Below, one piece after another: positions 55,095 to 64,000 of a stretch of DNA of 64,000 nucleotides. Below the pieces are notes generated by a model. That model was not told where the DNA came from and did not search any database. It was given only the letters and a program-made list of their open reading frames with translations. Location of the stretch: positions 16,422-80,421 of the forward strand of contig CAKPKL010000002.1 in the NCBI GenBank assembly GCA_934167485.1, read 5' to 3'. Made by a program: the position numbers and the translations under genes. The DNA comes from an uncultured Bacilli bacterium. Lineage in GTDB: Bacteria; Bacillota_I; Bacilli_A; RF39; UBA660. Each line of letters begins with the position of its first letter. Position 1 is the stretch's first letter.

Positions 55095-58013
55095 TTATAA
55101 TTTTTTTAATTTATTTACAACAATTTGATATTTATCAAATCTCTTTTCTACTTTACCTTGAATTAATATAGTATCCCCTACTTTTATATCAACTTTCTCA
55201 TACACACGAGGAAATAACACTATATCAGCTTGCGATAATTCATCACTTCCTGTTATAAAACACATACTTTCTCCCTTAGATGTTGTTATTTCCTTTATCT
55301 TATCTATAATAGCTACTGAATTTATTATTTTATCAAAATAAAGTTCTATTTCATTTAAATTAACAATATTATTTAATTTGTTTTTAATATCTGTAATTGG
55401 ATTATCGCTTAAATAAAATCCAAATAATTCAAGTTCACGAGCTAATAATTCTTTTTTAGAAAACTCATTTTTTATAGCAAGTTCAGGTTCTAGAGCATAT
55501 TCTCTATCTAAATCTTTAATTAACTCTCCATAATTTATAATTAAATCAAGATTTTCTATCAATGTCATTTTATTATAACCAAAACTATCAAGTGCACCTG
55601 AATATATTAAAGACTCTAATGTCTTACTATTAACTCCTCTTCCATAACATCTTCTAATAAAATCATAAATATCTACAAATTTACCGGATTCTCTTTCTTT
55701 AATTATAAAATCGGTAGTAAGTATTCCAACATTTTTAATATTAGTAAGTGGATATCTAATACCTTTGTCTTCTATTTCATATTTTTTATTACTTAAATTA
55801 ATATCTGGCATTAAAATTTTTATATTATTCTTTTTTGCTTCATATATATATTGCTTTGTTTTATTACTATCATTAATCTCCATAGATAATAAATATGTAA
55901 TAAATTCTTTAGGAAAATATGCCTTCAAATATGCCATTTTGTATGCTACTATTGAATAACCTATTGAATGAGATTTATTAAATCCATATTCTGCAAATTT
56001 AAGCATCAAATCAAATACATTTTTAACTAATACTTTATCATAGCCTTTATCAATAGCTCTTTTTGTAAACTTTTCTTCTTCCATAAGTAATATATCTTTT
56101 TTCTTTTTACTCATAGCCTTTCTTAATATATCTGCTTCACCCAATGAATAATTCGCCATAATTTGTGCGATCTGCATTATTTGTTCTTGATATATCATAA
56201 TACCATACGTAGGTTTTAAAATCCGTTCTAATGATGGATCTATATAATCTATTCTTTCTTTACCATTTTTTCTATTTATATATGTAGGTATATTTTTCAT
56301 AGGACCTGGTCTAAATAAAGCAATTGCAGCAAATAAATCATTCATATTACTTACTTTTAATTTTCTTAAAAAGTTAATCATACCATCTGATTCAAATTGG
56401 AATATACCTATAGTATCTGCTTTAGTAAATACACTTATTGCTTTTGGATCATTAAGTGGTATAGAATCAAATTTTATATTTAAATTATGTCTTTTATTTA
56501 TACTATCTATTATATTATGAATCGTAGTTAAATATTTGATAGCTAAAAAATCCATTTTAAGTAAACCAAGCTCCTCTAAATAAGTCATATCATATCCACT
56601 TACATAAAAATCATGGCTTTTATCAAGTGGTATTACCTCATCTAAATCTATATTAGACATGATAACTCCAGCAGCATGTATTGATGTATGTCTTTTTAAC
56701 CCTTCAAATTTTACTGAAATATTATAAGCTTCCTTAAGTTTACTTTTTCTATCTAATAACTCTTTTATTTTTTGGTTTTCATTATAATTTTCCATTAACG
56801 ATTTCTTTGAATCTATTAATTTACATAAATTATCTACAAGACCTTGTTCAATATCTAAAACTTTGCAAACATCCCTTATTGCTTGTTTTGCTCCTAACGT
56901 TCCAAATGTTATTATTGGTACTACTTTCTTTTTACCATACTTATTAATACAATAATTAATAACATCTTCTCTTTTTTCATGTTCAAAATCTATATCAATA
57001 TCTGGCATACTTACACGTTCTGGATTCAAAAATCTTTCAAATAATAAATTATATTTTATTGGATCTACATCAGTTATCATTAAACAATATGATACTAGTG
57101 AACCAACTGCACTTCCCCTACCAGAGCCTACTATTATATTGTTGTCTTTAGCAAACTTTACATAATCGGATACAATTAAAAAATAATCGCAGAATCCCAT
57201 TTTGTTTATTATATTTAATTCATATTTAAGTCTTTCTTTATATATTTCCTGAACTGTATTGCCAAAATGGTTTCTTAATCCTTCTATACATTTTTTCTTT
57301 AAATAAGTATAACTATCTACACCTTCTTGATTTGTGTACGAAGGCATTAATTTTTGTTTAAAAGGTATTTCTACATTACATAAATCCGTTATAAAATGAT
57401 TATTATCTATACTTTCACTATAATTAGTATTATACTCATCCTCTGTCAATATATAATTATCATAATGATTACTATCAATATTATCTATTGTCTTTCCTTC
57501 CCTTATTGCATCTATATATTTTATTAATTCTTTATCTATTTTATTTATATATAAAGTTTCATTCATATATATTTTATTTTTTTCTTTTATATTATCCATT
57601 TCTTCTTTATTTTTATATGAAATATAGATATATTCATAAAGTGGTTTTAGCTCATTATAAAGTTCAACAGAAGATGTTATGCACACTAAACTTTTAGAAT
57701 GCTCTTCTAAATCAGTTATTTCAATTTGTTTATATGAAGAAAGTGTGCATAACTTTATTAAATTCTTATATCCATCATAATTTATTGCATATAAAACTAT
57801 TTTTTTTAAGTTATACACTATTTCTAAACCTATTATAGGTTTAATATTATTATTTATACACATTTTATAAAAATCCATAACGCCATACATATTATTATCT
57901 GTTATAGATAAAGATTTTATATTATTTTTTTTAGCAAACTCTATTAAATCTTTTATTTTAATTAACGAAGTTTGTAAACTATTATCTGTCTTAATATAAA
58001 ATGGTGTATACAT
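55095..58013 (-). CDS. dnaE: DNA polymerase III alpha subunit, DnaE type (972 aa), with a degenerate PHP motif
   Basis: Palm and fingers motifs are MPDIDIDFE, HAAGVIMS, LLKMDFLAIKYLT, ALFRPGP, IYQEQIMQ and FNKSHSIGYS. The N-terminus PFYIKTDNSLQTS replaces the canonical HLHVHSEYSLLDG. RBS AGGAGGG. Confidence 0.9.
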   Translation of the reverse strand: MYTPFYIKTDNSLQTSLIKIKDLIEFAKKNNIKSLSITDNNMYGVMDFYKMCINNNIKPIIGLEIVYNLKKIVLYAINYDGYKNLIKLCTLSSYKQIEITDLEEHSKSLVCITSSVELYNELKPLYEYIYISYKNKEEMDNIKEKNKIYMNETLYINKIDKELIKYIDAIREGKTIDNIDSNHYDNYILTEDEYNTNYSESIDNNHFITDLCNVEIPFKQKLMPSYTNQEGVDSYTYLKKKCIEGLRNHFGNTVQEIYKERLKYELNIINKMGFCDYFLIVSDYVKFAKDNNIIVGSGRGSAVGSLVSYCLMITDVDPIKYNLLFERFLNPERVSMPDIDIDFEHEKREDVINYCINKYGKKKVVPIITFGTLGAKQAIRDVCKVLDIEQGLVDNLCKLIDSKKSLMENYNENQKIKELLDRKSKLKEAYNISVKFEGLKRHTSIHAAGVIMSNIDLDEVIPLDKSHDFYVSGYDMTYLEELGLLKMDFLAIKYLTTIHNIIDSINKRHNLNIKFDSIPLNDPKAISVFTKADTIGIFQFESDGMINFLRKLKVSNMNDLFAAIALFRPGPMKNIPTYINRKNGKERIDYIDPSLERILKPTYGIMIYQEQIMQIAQIMANYSLGEADILRKAMSKKKKDILLMEEEKFTKRAIDKGYDKVLVKNVFDLMLKFAEYGFNKSHSIGYSIVAYKMAYLKAYFPKEFITYLLSMEINDSNKTKQYIYEAKKNNIKILMPDINLSNKKYEIEDKGIRYPLTNIKNVGILTTDFIIKERESGKFVDIYDFIRRCYGRGVNSKTLESLIYSGALDSFGYNKMTLIENLDLIINYGELIKDLDREYALEPELAIKNEFSKKELLARELELFGFYLSDNPITDIKNKLNNIVNLNEIELYFDKIINSVAIIDKIKEITTSKGESMCFITGSDELSQADIVLFPRVYEKVDIKVGDTILIQGKVEKRFDKYQIVVNKLKKL

Positions 58014-58068
58014 AATCTATCCCTCCTACATATATTTTACTATAATTTTTATTTTTTTTAAATATTTA

Positions 58069-58097
58069 TTGTTTAAACTACATAAATATGATATAGT
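58069..58097 (+). promoter_or_regulatory. Candidate promoter TTGTTT-17-TATAGT (TGn extended) for the plus-strand cluster
   Basis: TTGTTT at 58069..58074, a 17-nt spacer ending in TGA, then TATAGT at 58092..58097. It lies ~20 nt upstream of the RBS GGAAGGAG. Confidence 0.4.
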
Positions 58098-58118
58098 TTT
58101 AATAGGAAGGAGTGTTTT

Positions 58119-58466
58119 ATGAAAGAAAAAAATATCGCATTATGTATAATACTATCTATTTTTACATGTGGAATTTATGGAATTATTTGGTTTATATCTA
58201 TGACTGATGATACTGTTAGATTAAGTGATGGAGTTGAATTTAATACTTCGGGTGGTACAGCATTTTTATTAACTTTAATTACTTGTGGAATTTATGGATA
58301 CTATTGGGCATATAAAATGGGTAAATCTTTAGCGAGTGCTGGAGAAAAAAAGAATATTAATATTTCAGATAATTCAGTATTATATTTAGTTCTTTATATA
58401 TTTGGACTTGGAATAGTTGCTGAATGTTTAATCCAAAGTGATTTAAATAAATTAATAAATGCTTAA
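58119..58466 (+). CDS. Small membrane protein with duplicated CGIYG-x-xW motif (DUF4234-like)
   Basis: FTCGIYGIIWF and ITCGIYGYYWAY are present, with three TMs. The family number is from memory. Confidence 0.65.
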   Translation: MKEKNIALCIILSIFTCGIYGIIWFISMTDDTVRLSDGVEFNTSGGTAFLLTLITCGIYGYYWAYKMGKSLASAGEKKNINISDNSVLYLVLYIFGLGIVAECLIQSDLNKLINA

Positions 58467-58821
58467 AAAAAATAAAAAAGAATATATTATAATAACAATA
58501 TTCTTTTTTATAATACTATTTTTATATTTAACAGGATATCCAATTCCTTGCATATTTCATAAAATAACTGGTCTTTATTGCCCAGGATGTGGTATTACTA
58601 GAATGTTTATATCTATATTAAGATTAAAATTTATAGATGCATTTCATTATAATTGTTTTGCTTTTATATTATTAATTATATTCATAATATTAAACTTAAT
58701 AAAAATAATAACCAAAAAAAATATAATGATTAAGAATTCTGTATTATATGTAATTATAGCATTAGCTATAGTATTTGTAATATTAAGAAATATGCCATAT
58801 TTTAGTTGGTTAAGCCCTTAA
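58459..58821 (+). CDS. DUF2752-like membrane protein (CPGCG motif)
   Basis: CIFHKITGLYCPGCGITR plus hydrophobic helices. 8-nt overlap with the upstream gene. Confidence 0.65.
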   Translation: MLKKNKKEYIIITIFFFIILFLYLTGYPIPCIFHKITGLYCPGCGITRMFISILRLKFIDAFHYNCFAFILLIIFIILNLIKIITKKNIMIKNSVLYVIIALAIVFVILRNMPYFSWLSP

Positions 58822-58905
58822 ATTTATTAAATTTTGTTGACATATCACAAAAAATATGATAAACTTTATTGGCATAGGAAGAAAAACTTTGAATGGAGGA
58901 ATATT

Positions 58906-59079
58906 ATGGCAGTTAAAGCAACTAATAAAAAACCATTATCTGGTAATAGAAGATCTCATTCTTGTAGAGCTACTAAACATGCTCAAAAAGTAAATTTACA
59001 ATTAGTTACATTAGAAGATGGTACTAAAGTAAGAATGAGCGCTAGAGAAAAAAGAACATTAAATAAAGTTGAAAAATAA
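58906..59079 (+). CDS. rpmB: 50S ribosomal protein L28
   Basis: MAVKATNKKPLSGNRRSHSCRATKHAQKVNLQLVTL.DGTKVRMSAREKRTLNK fits L28 (..GN.rSHa.n.tkR....NLq). RBS GGAGGA is at 58895..58900. The track ORF (58834) has an unsupported N-terminal extension. Confidence 0.9.
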   Translation: MAVKATNKKPLSGNRRSHSCRATKHAQKVNLQLVTLEDGTKVRMSAREKRTLNKVEK

Positions 59080-59106
59080 AAAAGCATTAAAAATATGCTT
59101 TTTTTA
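59078..59106. terminator. Bidirectional terminator between rpmB and the J-like protein gene
   Basis: Stem AAAGCAT / ATGCTTT (59081..59087 and 59095..59101), flanked by A-runs and T-runs on both sides. Confidence 0.75.
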
Positions 59107-60423
59107 TTTTACTTTATTTGATTTTTCATTAGAAAAATCAGTTATATAATTAATAAATTCACTATCATCCATTTTCTTTACATTATGAGTTGTTATTATA
59201 TTAGGATTTGATAGCTTAGCTACCTTACCAATACCACCCTTTTGAAGTTTAATTTTTGAACCTTTTATATTTCTTTTTATAATAAGTTTATTTAATTTTG
59301 ATTGTTCTTTTTCTAATTTCAAAGAATTAGGGTCACCTTTTATATCATTTATTTTTTGCATTTGAGAAGATATCGATTTATTAAGTTTAGATAAACTAGA
59401 TTCAAATTCAAATTCATCAGTTTTAGATTCATCAGTTTTAATAAATTTATTATATCTTTCTATAGAATTTTCTATTTTTTTCAACTTAGATTCTGAATTT
59501 AATATTCGATTTTTTATTGAAATTAACTCCAATCTAGATTTCAAAGTAGATTTACTGTTTTGTATTTCATTTAATTTAGTTTCAAACATTTTTTTCCATA
59601 ATTCTAAATGATTCTGATATCTAAGTTTTTTTACTTGAAGACTATAATTATTATGAGGTTTTGATAATAAATTATCTATTTCCTTCGATAATTTTTCTTC
59701 ATACTCTTTTTCTAAATCCATTACTCCAGTTTCTATTTTTAAATCTTTTATTTTTTTAACGTGTCCATCATAAATTAAAGTTAATGCACCTTTTCCATTT
59801 TTTTTATAAAAATGTTTTTGAACAAAGAAGCCTATTATTCCAAAAGTTGCTATCCCAGCTAAATATTCTCCAGTTTTAATTGCTTTTGGTTTTACTTTAT
59901 TTTTCATAAATGAATCAAATTTAGAAGGATTCAATTTTTGTTCTTTAAATTGAGTATATAATTCGGTTGTTGGCTCTGGTGTTGGCTCTGGTGTTGGCTT
60001 TGGTGTTGGATCTGGTGCTGGCTTTGGCGTTGGATCTGGCGTTGGCTTTGGTGCTGGCTTTGGTGTTGGATCTGGTGTTGGATCTGGCGTTGGATCTGGT
60101 GCTGGCTTTGGCGTTGGATCTGGTGCTGGCTTTGGCGTTGGATCTGGTGTTGGATCTGGCGTTGGCATTGGATCTGGTGCTGGATTTGGTGTTGGATCTG
60201 GTGTTGGATCATTATCCTTTTCTTTTAATGATTCATCATAATTTTTTCTAGATATTGGATTTGATAGTACATCATAAGCCTCATCTATTTCCTTCCACAT
60301 CCAAAAAGGAACTCTATCATCAGGATTTCCATATTTCATTCTATTTCTAGCTTTTTCTATATTTTCAAAACTTGCATCCTGTTCTACTCCTAATATATCA
60401 TAATAAGTCCTTTGCATATTCAT
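59104..60423 (-). CDS. Membrane protein with N-terminal J-like domain (no HPD), Pro/Thr/Asp-rich repeat linker, one TM and a C-terminal coiled coil
   Basis: [32 protein letters not shown]...[18 protein letters not shown] is the J-domain scaffold with KYGNPDD in place of KYHPDKN. About 80 aa of (P[TAM]P[DKNE]) repeats follow. The TM is [16 protein letters not shown] prefer the ATG at 60423 (GAGGGA upstream) over the GTG at 60435. Confidence 0.75.
   Translation of the reverse strand: MNMQRTYYDILGVEQDASFENIEKARNRMKYGNPDDRVPFWMWKEIDEAYDVLSNPISRKNYDESLKEKDNDPTPDPTPNPAPDPMPTPDPTPDPTPKPAPDPTPKPAPDPTPDPTPDPTPKPAPKPTPDPTPKPAPDPTPKPTPEPTPEPTTELYTQFKEQKLNPSKFDSFMKNKVKPKAIKTGEYLAGIATFGIIGFFVQKHFYKKNGKGALTLIYDGHVKKIKDLKIETGVMDLEKEYEEKLSKEIDNLLSKPHNNYSLQVKKLRYQNHLELWKKMFETKLNEIQNSKSTLKSRLELISIKNRILNSESKLKKIENSIERYNKFIKTDESKTDEFEFESSLSKLNKSISSQMQKINDIKGDPNSLKLEKEQSKLNKLIIKRNIKGSKIKLQKGGIGKVAKLSNPNIITTHNVKKMDDSEFINYITDFSNEKSNKVK
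59966..60210. repeat. Imperfect 12-nt-period tandem repeat (TGG[AC]T[CT]TGG[TC]G[TC]) encoding the PTPD/PAPK linker
   Basis: ~20 consecutive units are visible in the plus strand (ggctctggtgtt / ggatctggcgtt / ggctttggtgct ...). It is locally GC-richer than its surroundings. All three frames on both strands stay open, which explains track ORFs 59931..60212 and 59967..60251. Confidence 0.85.
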
Positions 60424-60503
60424 AATATCCCTCACTAACTAGAAATAATATATCATATTTTTACAATTTTGTAAACTAAAAGGGAATAATGTAAAACTAT
60501 TCC

Positions 60504-61568
60504 CTAATAAGTTATTATTTTCTTTTCGTATGTTTGATTTATCAAATGTTCTTCTGCCTTTGATACTACTATTGTATCTTTATTTCCATCAGATATATAT
60601 CTATTATTTTCTAACAATTTAAAATTCATTTCTATATCAAATTCTTTGCCATCATTGTCATAAGCCCTTATTCTTTTTAAAAATTTTGGATTAAACTCTT
60701 GAGAAAATGGAGAACTTTCACTTTTCCAACCAACTCTTAAAGTTGATTTTGTAATATACTCTTTTCCATTATAATTTGTATTAAATATGTATTGCATATT
60801 TTCATGATCCAATTTATATGGAGAACCAAATGGAAGAGCAACTATATTAACATATTTACCAGGTATTATTTTATCAAGTAATTCATAAAGTTTTCCAACT
60901 TCTTCTATTGATTTATTTGAATCAACTTGACTAAAATTTACATGTGTATATGTGTGATTTCCAATATCATATCCATTATCTATTAACCATTTTAATATTT
61001 TTTCATTATACTCTTCTTGTTGAAATATTCCACCATTTACAAAGAATGTTGCAGTTACATTGTAATCTGGATATTTTTTCTTAAAATCCTCTAAAATTCC
61101 TACCGCACTATTTGGATCTATTATAATATTTCCTTTAGAATCTAATCCTATTACCTTTATAGCATTTTCTAATCCGTCATCAAATGTTAAAATAATTGGA
61201 CTTTTTCCAAGTTCAACATCTATATTACCATCTATATAGTCAGTAAGTCTAATCATTCTATACCCAGAATTATAATAAAATTCCAAATCATTTGCGAATG
61301 CTTCACTAGTTCTTTGATATCCATCCCTATCAACATTCCCACCAGTATAATTTGTTTCGCTGCTTTTTTTATTATGAATACCATGATACATCATAATAGG
61401 TACTTCCCCTAACTCATCCACATTATTGTTTTTATAATCTTCTTCAGTTAATACTTTTTCCTCTTTAAGAGGTTCTTCTATTATGTCTTTTTGTTGTTTT
61501 TTAATCTCTTTATTACTAGAACATCCAACCAATAATAAAATTAATAATGTCACTAAGATTTTTTTCAT
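60504..61568 (-). CDS. Polysaccharide deacetylase (NodB-type) lipoprotein
   Basis: Lipobox is LLLVGCSS. NodB motifs are ILTFDDG and GNHTYTH. Confidence 0.8.
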   Translation of the reverse strand: MKKILVTLLILLLVGCSSNKEIKKQQKDIIEEPLKEEKVLTEEDYKNNNVDELGEVPIMMYHGIHNKKSSETNYTGGNVDRDGYQRTSEAFANDLEFYYNSGYRMIRLTDYIDGNIDVELGKSPIILTFDDGLENAIKVIGLDSKGNIIIDPNSAVGILEDFKKKYPDYNVTATFFVNGGIFQQEEYNEKILKWLIDNGYDIGNHTYTHVNFSQVDSNKSIEEVGKLYELLDKIIPGKYVNIVALPFGSPYKLDHENMQYIFNTNYNGKEYITKSTLRVGWKSESSPFSQEFNPKFLKRIRAYDNDGKEFDIEMNFKLLENNRYISDGNKDTIVVSKAEEHLINQTYEKKIITY

Positions 61569-61608
61569 ATTATCACCTTTAATATTATTTACAAATTATA
61601 TTAATTTA

Positions 61609-62604
61609 TTATTTTTCTTTATAAGCTATACCTAAATGTTTATAAGCTTTCTCTGTAACAATTCTTCCTCGAGGTGTTCTTTTTAAAAGACCTCTTTGAA
61701 GTAAATATGGTTCATATACATCTTCTATTGTAGTTTGTTCTTCACCAATTGAAGATGCAATTGCTTCAATCCCAACAGGTCCACCATTAAATTTTTCTAT
61801 TATAGATTTTAGCAAATTATAGTCAGTTTCATCTAAACCTAAACTATCAACTTTTAGTTTATCTAATGCATGTTTTGTAATTTTTAAATCTATATTGCCG
61901 TTTCCCATAACTAAAGCAAAATCTCGAACTCTTTTAAATAATCTATTACAAATACGTGGTGTTCCTCTACTTCTTCTAGCAAGTTCACCTGCAGCATCTA
62001 TATCTATTGGACAATTTAAAACCCTACTTGTTCTAAGAGCAATTTGTTTTAATTCATCCTCTGTATAATAATTTAGTTTATTTATTATTCCAAATCTATC
62101 TCTTAAAGGACTAGTTAAATCTCCTGCTCTCGTTGTTGCCCCAACAAGTGTGAATGGTGGCAAATCTATTTTAATATTTCTACTAGAAGAATCATTACCA
62201 ACAACTATATCTAATGTAAAATCTTCCATAGCTGAATATAATATTTCTTCTACAAATCTTGGCATTCTATGTATTTCATCTATAAATAATACATCACCAG
62301 GCTCTAATGATGATAATATAGCCGCTAAATCTCCACTTTTTTCAATTGAAGGACCACTTGCAGTTTTAATATTACTTCCTAATTCATTAGCAATTATAAA
62401 TGCAAGAGTTGTCTTACCTAACCCAGGTGGACCATATAATAATACATGATCCAAAGTCTCTTCTCTTAATTTTGCAGCTTTTATAAATATAGATAAATTC
62501 TCTTTAACTTCTGTTTGACCAACATAATCATCTAAAGTATCTGGTCTTATATTTTGTTCAAAATTATCCTCTATTGTTTCTTCTTCACTTATTAATCGTT
62601 CCAA
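61609..62604 (-). CDS. ruvB: Holliday junction branch-migration helicase RuvB
   Basis: [12 protein letters not shown], Walker [10 protein letters not shown], Walker B LFIDEIHR, and [16 protein letters not shown]. The TTG start comes immediately after the upstream stop, and no in-frame ATG is available. Confidence 0.95.
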   Translation of the reverse strand: MERLISEEETIEDNFEQNIRPDTLDDYVGQTEVKENLSIFIKAAKLREETLDHVLLYGPPGLGKTTLAFIIANELGSNIKTASGPSIEKSGDLAAILSSLEPGDVLFIDEIHRMPRFVEEILYSAMEDFTLDIVVGNDSSSRNIKIDLPPFTLVGATTRAGDLTSPLRDRFGIINKLNYYTEDELKQIALRTSRVLNCPIDIDAAGELARRSRGTPRICNRLFKRVRDFALVMGNGNIDLKITKHALDKLKVDSLGLDETDYNLLKSIIEKFNGGPVGIEAIASSIGEEQTTIEDVYEPYLLQRGLLKRTPRGRIVTEKAYKHLGIAYKEK

Positions 62605-63105
62605 CTAATCACCACTTTCTATATATTTTAAAACACTATCCCATGTTTTAATTGTATCTCCAAATAAAATGCAATCTATACCTACATTTTTAATACTATT
62701 ATAAACACTTATATTGTCATCTATCATTAAATCTAAATTTAGAGAATTTGCTATATCTTGTTTATTGAAATATCCAAAATAAAATTCATCTATATTATAT
62801 AGATTTTTTATTATTTTTAAAGTTTCTTCTTCTATATTTTTACAATGAACATTTCCTCTTGCAGTTATAATATATAATTTATGTCCTTCTTCTTGCAATT
62901 TTTTTACAACTTCTTGAGACTTTTCTTTAGGTTTAGCATTTACCAAAACCTCAAACAAATAATTTTTATATATAAAATCACTTTCTTCAACTGTCCATTT
63001 CTCATTAAGTTTCTTTGAAAAATTAACATTATACTTTTTTATTACTTTATCAAAAGATTTACTTGTATCAAGTAACGTATCATCTATATCTATTCCTATT
63101 CTCAT
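62605..63105 (-). CDS. HAD-superfamily 5'(3')-deoxyribonucleotidase-like protein
   Basis: The N-terminal MRIGIDIDDTLLDT is the DxDxT motif. ITARG and MIDDN are also present. The gene is wedged between ruvA and ruvB with 2-nt and 0-nt gaps. Confidence 0.6.
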   Translation of the reverse strand: MRIGIDIDDTLLDTSKSFDKVIKKYNVNFSKKLNEKWTVEESDFIYKNYLFEVLVNAKPKEKSQEVVKKLQEEGHKLYIITARGNVHCKNIEEETLKIIKNLYNIDEFYFGYFNKQDIANSLNLDLMIDDNISVYNSIKNVGIDCILFGDTIKTWDSVLKYIESGD

Positions 63106-63107
63106 AA

Positions 63108-63659
63108 TTACTTCAACATTAATTTTAATGCTTCCTTTATTTGATCTTCTATATTTAAATTATCATTTATTGAAGGTAATACTTTATTTATATCTGCTTG
63201 TTTATAACCTAATCCTTTTAAAACTTCTACTAATTCATCTAATTCTTTATTTTTACTTGTGACTGTCATATTAAGTTTACCTTTTAAATCTAAAATTATT
63301 TGTCTAGCTACCTTATCCCCTATCTTAGGGAACTTCTTTAAATATAATATATTTTCTCTTTCTATCGCATCCATAATACCATCTATTGAACCTGTAGCGA
63401 GCATAGGAAGAGCCATTTTACATCCTAAACCTTTTACATTTATTAATTTTAAAAACAAATTTTTTTCTTCTTTTGTTTTAAATCCATATAAAGATATTTC
63501 ATCTTCTCTTACATATTGGTAAACATATACAATATATTCTTTATCTAATTCAAATGAATAAGGATTAGGTACATATACTAAATAACCTATCCCATTATTA
63601 TCAACCACTATATAATTACTATCTTGGTTTATTACTCTACCCTTTATATATTCATACAT
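63108..63659 (-). CDS. ruvA: Holliday junction DNA helicase RuvA
   Basis: MYEYIKGRV...GIGYLVYVP...YVREDEISLYGF...EKNLFLKLINVKGLG.KMAL is typical of RuvA. I prefer the ATG at 63659 over the track start at 63707 (hydrophobic, non-homologous extension). Confidence 0.9.
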   Translation of the reverse strand: MYEYIKGRVINQDSNYIVVDNNGIGYLVYVPNPYSFELDKEYIVYVYQYVREDEISLYGFKTKEEKNLFLKLINVKGLGCKMALPMLATGSIDGIMDAIERENILYLKKFPKIGDKVARQIILDLKGKLNMTVTSKNKELDELVEVLKGLGYKQADINKVLPSINDNLNIEDQIKEALKLMLK

Positions 63660-63722
63660 TTTTATCACCATATAAAGTATAACACAAACAAATGTTTTTG
63701 GCAACAAAAAAGATAATACAAT

Positions 63723-64000
63723 TTACATATTACCTTTCTTATATACCATTTGATAATTACTTTGATTTGCTTTTTGATTTATTAATTTTAATTCTTGTTT
63801 TTTCATTTTAGAAATTAATCTAACTGTAAACTTTAGTTTCCTGCCATCATTATTAGATAATGAATTTACAACTTCATAAGGCATAATTCCATTACTCAAA
63901 GCATCTTTTATTTTTAAGTTATTTTTTCTTACAAAACCAGAAGAAAATGTGTTATCATCTATATTTCTTATACTAGACTTACTGTCAACTATTGTTTCTA
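63723..64000 (-). CDS. Hypothetical protein, C-terminal 92 codons (5' end beyond the window)
   Basis: My minus-strand translation is ...ETIVDSKSSIRNIDDNTFSSGFVRKNNLKIKDALSNGIMPYEVVNSLSNNDGRKLKFTVRLISKMKKQELKLINQKANQSNYQMVYKKGNM*, open to the window edge. No motif recognised. Confidence 0.45.
   Translation of the reverse strand, partial: ETIVDSKSSIRNIDDNTFSSGFVRKNNLKIKDALSNGIMPYEVVNSLSNNDGRKLKFTVRLISKMKKQELKLINQKANQSNYQMVYKKGNM

Noticed and set aside
59931-60251. Track ORFs 59931..60212 (-) and 59967..60251 (+), with products such as QHQIQHQIQ... and [11 protein letters not shown]...
   Set aside because: These are alternative reading frames of the 12-nt tandem repeat. The frame encoding PTPDPTPK is continuous with the J-like N-terminal domain and the downstream TM and coiled coil. 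The region is also not a CRISPR array: the units are contiguous with no spacers, and it is coding.

Overview
This is a strongly AT-rich bacterial chromosome segment. It looks like a walled low-GC Firmicute (Bacillota): it has a T-box leader, a sepF-divIVA-ileS block, an LtaS-type synthase, a SEDS protein, and standard genetic code with TGA used as stop. About 50 genes are present and all but four are on the minus strand. All homology calls below come from motif recognition by eye; no searches or computations were run.

Housekeeping blocks:
- ruvA-(HAD nucleotidase)-ruvB
- polysaccharide deacetylase
- rpmB
- dnaE
- sepF-divIVA-[T-box]-(unknown ORF)-ileS
- rodA/ftsW-like SEDS gene
- tmk
- ltaS-like gene
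- tex

Accessory content:
- Two ABC-exporter operons whose promoters share an identical 33-bp box; one operon begins with a TetR gene.
- An OatA-like acyltransferase.
- A BclA-like collagen-repeat protein translationally coupled to a GT2-TPR glycosyltransferase.
- Two intact copies and one decayed copy of an orphan prepilin-leader protein family.
- A J-like membrane protein with PT-rich tandem repeats.

Most notable region (1..22845): a ~22-kb surface-protein island made of three consecutive transcription units.
1. A Cys-rich secreted protein of 770 aa.
2. A 3032-aa GLUG/FN3-like giant protein plus a 154-aa partner.
3. A single promoter driving a 1861-aa and a 472-aa membrane-anchored FN3-like protein, followed without any terminator by an atypical F-type-like ATPase module.

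The ATPase module contains a c-like subunit with no membrane carboxylate, a b/delta-like stalk, a short alpha, a short gamma, and beta. It has no a subunit and no separate delta subunit. I consider this operon the best candidate for an undescribed system: an ATPase mechanically or functionally coupled to giant surface proteins, reminiscent of the mycoplasma F1-like ATPase clusters.
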